64,000 nucleotides of DNA. Origin: Raillietiella orientalis. Taxonomy: Eukaryota. This document shows positions 60,511 through 64,000 of this stretch, piece after piece. The stretch's first letter is position 1. Each line of letters starts with the position of its first letter. A model generated the notes under the pieces. It made no database searches and had not been told where the DNA came from. It saw only the letters and a list, made by a program, of their open reading frames with translations. The stretch lies in NCBI GenBank assembly GCA_036172245.1, contig JAYWIR010000008.1, positions 4,216,001 to 4,280,000 of the forward strand, written 5' to 3'. A program made the translations under genes and the position numbers.

Positions 60511-61190
60511 GCGCTGGTTGGCCTCAGCTGGCTCCAGGTGAGACACCGGTGGAAGCCGGATGTCCTTCGTTGAGTGGCTGGGACTGGAAGTCGACCCCTC
60601 CGAAGTTCTTCCAGGAATCAAAAAGCTGGTTCCCTTCGGGGTTCCCCTCCAGTTGTGAAAACGGAGCCGTCCTTTCCCTTTCGAAGGGAAATCCTCCATC
60701 GCTTACCTTGGAGCTGGTTGGATTGACTTCGGGGGTTGCTCTCCACAGTATCAAGGAGTGCGCCGCCCCCTTCGAGGAGCGCCCTTCAGAGAAATTGGGG
60801 AGAGTCCCTTTGGAGTTCTCTTCAGAGGGGGAAACGAGAAGCGGACCTTTTGTGGGTCTCTTCCGGAGAAGAAATGAGGAATGATCCCTTCCGGGGGACC
60901 ATTCAGAAGAGAATAAGGGAGAAGTTTCGGGACAACCAGGACGATGTTCCTTTCGAGGTTCCTACCCAAGCCGTAAGAGGAACGGACTTTCTCCTCCGGA
61001 GTCTTCCTGGATTCATTGGGTGGTCCCATTAACCCTGAAGACTTGGCACGCACTCTCGTGTGGCGTGGACAGCGTCAAGGAGCTTCGTGAGCCCCCCCTA
61101 CGGAGGCGAACGGTTCTTCAGCTCTTCTTGATAACCAAAAAGAAAAAAAAAAAGCTGAAAAGAATGCAATGAAGAATCCCCAAGGTTTTT
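60511..61190 (+). mobile_element. SINE-like family copy, 5'-truncated (no tRNA head)
   Basis: Colinear with roughly 45480-46165. 60608-60890 is ~99% identical to 45568-45850. A-rich tract at 61137-61153. Confidence 0.8.
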
Positions 61191-61329
61191 CCATCATCTT
61201 TTCGCGAGAGACGCCGCCGAAAAGACCCACTTCTTTCCTAGCTGTACGTTTTACCCCTGGAACTTTCCAAGGGATACGGATGAGAGAGAATCCCGAGGTC
61301 TCCTGACTCCCGCAGCTTTCGCTTTCAGT

Positions 61330-63400
61330 GGTAGATCACCACCTGCTTTCCTGCGGCGTTTACCCTCTGGGAGTCAGTGGACTCCGCGCAGGGGAGAGGA
61401 GTGCTCTTATGCCACGCACAGCTTCCCAAATGAGGAAACCAGCCATTCTTGAGGTCACAGGGACGCCCGGAGAGAGGATACTCGAGATAAGAGGAGGAAT
61501 GAAGGAAGAGCTGAGGGTCGAATCTGTGAGCAAGAGATTGTATTCTAATCGTGAAGTCTCCCGGGGGGGGGGGGGAAGAGAGGGGAGCAGAGGGTCTCAA
61601 AACTCTGTTCGCTCTTCCCGAAGCCGGAAGTTCTCACGAGGATTCCGGAGGAAAGGGAGCTGCTCTCCAGTTCCTCCAAGGGTGCGCGCTCACTTCCTGT
61701 CTTCCTCGGCCGGAAACACCAGCGAAAAGGTTCCTGGGAAGGGTGAGGGAGGGGACTGCCAAGCTGCGCTCCCGGAGCACCGGAACACGAAGAAATTCTT
61801 TTAGGGGACCAAGGTCGTCTGCCGTCGAGAATAAGGAGAGATCCTGGAGAGCCTGTCCTGATGAATTGGAGCGGTCAGGAAGGGTTGGATGGGGAGAGTG
61901 CAGTGCTACTGGCATTTCGGCCTCAGGAGCGGTTTAAACCCAGTCTATCCGGACCGAGCGATCCCGTCCTTCGCCCTGACGACCACTTCCGGAAGTCCCT
62001 GTCCTTCTCTGCTGCGTTTGCTTTTCGAGTTGGGGCTCGCAGGGTTTTCAGCGCCCTCAAAGTATTCCTGGGGACGAGGAGGAACATGCTTGCTTGGAGG
62101 GTGGCATAGCCTTTGCGACCATCGACGCCCCGTGCTTCCCCGATCTGGTTCCCTAGATGGGACCCAATGAGCCCTACTGCAATCCAGAAAGCTTCCCAAG
62201 CTTGTATCGCCCCCTCACCATCCCTCACGCAGTCTTCCGACCCCTCTGGCCCTCGTATAACGCAGCACAGCTTCATGGACTTCCACCCCTTTAGCCAGCT
62301 CTTTTCTCTGGGACACAGGTGCTGAGCTTCTCCACCCCCCTCCTCGTCCGTGGACGATGAACCACCCAACTTGAGAACTTCCTGCTCAGGGAAGAAAACA
62401 AGAAATGGCTGTCCGAGGATCGATCACATACCACGTAGTCGGGTGGCTTCCTTCCTCACCGCGTGAACGGCTGCCCCCCGTAGACCTTGGGAGGGAGGAT
62501 CGCACCTCCCACCCTGATTGTCTCCGAAAAGGAACCTCGAAGGAAATCTCCTCCCTCATTCTCACTGGAGGGACACCCCCCCAGGAGGGAGGATGGCCCT
62601 CTCCATTTCATCTTCTCCGAAGGGAACCCGGAAAGGATCCGCTAGTAGGAATTTCTTCTCCGGAGGGAACCCTCAAGGGAACCGCTCCTGTGCACTCCTC
62701 TGAAGAGAACCCCGAAGGGGTGCTTCCGAAACTCAGAAGGGGCGCTGCAGCTTCCCGCAGGGGAATCGCTCTCGCTTGCTTCCATGTACTCTCGAAGAGG
62801 CGGTCACCGGCATGAGAAAACAACGACCGCAGCTCGTCTGGCCACCACGCCGTGTCGTCTAACGTCACGATGCTGCCACCATCCTCTGTTGCCGACCCCG
62901 AAGCACTCCCGCTTCCTGTCGGTGTAAACACACCCTCCTGAGCGACCTCTGGTTCACAGGCTCTCTCGCCAGCCCGGATGAAAAGAAGACAGAGTCGCAT
63001 CTCGGGACGAGTTGCTGGGAAGCTGCGGGGTGAAGCGTGAGCGCGCGTGCGCGAGGTCGCTCGTTCTCCGGACAGTGGCACGCTCTGGCCGCTTCTGCAT
63101 TCTCTCGGGTACGTGAGCCTCGCCCACGTGTTCCTTGGAGGTGACTCACGTTGCCCAGGATGCGGCGGCCGTGACGTAGTGGCCGAGGCAATCGCGCGTC
63201 TTGATCGGAGCCGCCATTTGCGAAACTCCGCGCCAGCCATCGAGAAAGTTCCCGACAGGCTTTCCAGGGGAACCCGCTGGCGCTTTTCAAAGGCTCCTCA
63301 GCAACCTTCGTATCGGTGTCCTGCTGTTTTCGCGACTGGAGAAAAATCGTCCCCAGGGAATGGCAACGAGGACGGGCAAGCTCCCCGAGCAGGGGCATTT
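61330..63400 (-). mobile_element. Decayed non-LTR retrotransposon RT (and possible RNase H) relic, interrupted by a SINE fragment
   Basis: Minus-strand PLKSASGF (like Q.GFR), EVAQEGVFTPT (like GVPQGSVLSP) and IVTLDDTAWW (like YADDTA.W) at 63300-62830. Weaker RNase H-like remnants near 61450. Confidence 0.4.
62510..62745 (-). mobile_element. Internal fragment of the SINE-like family
   Basis: Plus-strand blocks TCTCCGAAGGGAACCCGGAAAGGATCC, ATTTCTTCTCCGGAGG and CTGAAGAGAACCCCGAAGGG resemble 57080-57180 and 20620-20650. Confidence 0.6.
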
Positions 63401-64000
63401 CGCCCCCTCCGAGTCGACAGCGCGCGATGAGCCGGGGAAGGTGGGCACTCAGGGTATCCGCTGAATCGTGTTGCCTACCTTCGAGAAGGACACACGCCTG
63501 GAGTCATTTCCGGTGTGCCAAACCGAACGTGAGGATCGGAGGCATCTTCGCGCCTGCCTCACCAGAAGAGGCCTGATTTTCTTCCGAGCGCCGCGGTACT
63601 TCCGGTTTTTGGTCCCAGGGATCACCTAGTAATGGCGGCGACCCTGTCTTCCCGAACCGCACGCTTTCGGATGATGAAGAGACGGGAATCGAAGGGTTTT
63701 GGAGCCAGATGAGGGAATGGCGCGGTGCTTATTCTTAGGACTCGCTGGGGATAACGCTCTTCGTTCACTCCTTCCGCAGGTCGAGACCCTACTGCCGTTG
63801 CTCGTTGGAAGCCGTTCGTGCATAGCATCACTGGGTTAACACGCGGAGCATAAACGAAAACCCACGGGAAGAAGTGACGTTTTTCCGTTTCCTTTCACGG
63901 GGAACAGTTCTGAGCTCTCACATCATAAACGGCTCGGGAGTTTCTCGTTGTACCTGGAAGTTTCCGTGGCTGCTTGGCAACCAGCCAAATGCCGTTCTTC

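Noticed and set aside
1..64000. CRISPR arrays, operons, rRNA or other prokaryotic systems
   Set aside because: No regularly spaced repeats, rRNA-like sequence or dense uninterrupted ORFs were seen; spliceosomal introns indicate a eukaryote.

Overview
This window is GC-rich, intron-containing eukaryotic DNA, almost certainly from an arthropod. Most entries in the ORF track are GC-content artefacts. I can support two spliced protein-coding genes, both paralogues of the expansion/rebuf (exp/reb) family of atypical SMAD-MH2-like proteins needed for chitin deposition. They lie tail-to-tail. Gene A is on the + strand (89..8229, first coding exon outside the window). Gene B is on the - strand (36987 to about 26993, 3' end unresolved). 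They share all seven comparable intron positions and phases but appear to keep complementary C-terminal motifs, and each has a very short in-frame, stop-free intron. The rest is non-genic. It holds a ~0.8-kb tRNA-headed SINE-like family (five loci) built from repeated CCC-TTCG-GGG hairpin modules, one pair of which shares a ~99% identical patch suggestive of gene conversion. It also holds many decayed non-LTR retrotransposon fragments, a likely Penelope-like relic, a nested insertion with a 6-bp duplication, local duplications, a long palindrome and decayed trinucleotide tracts. All calls come from reading the sequence and from remembered family motifs; no searches were run.
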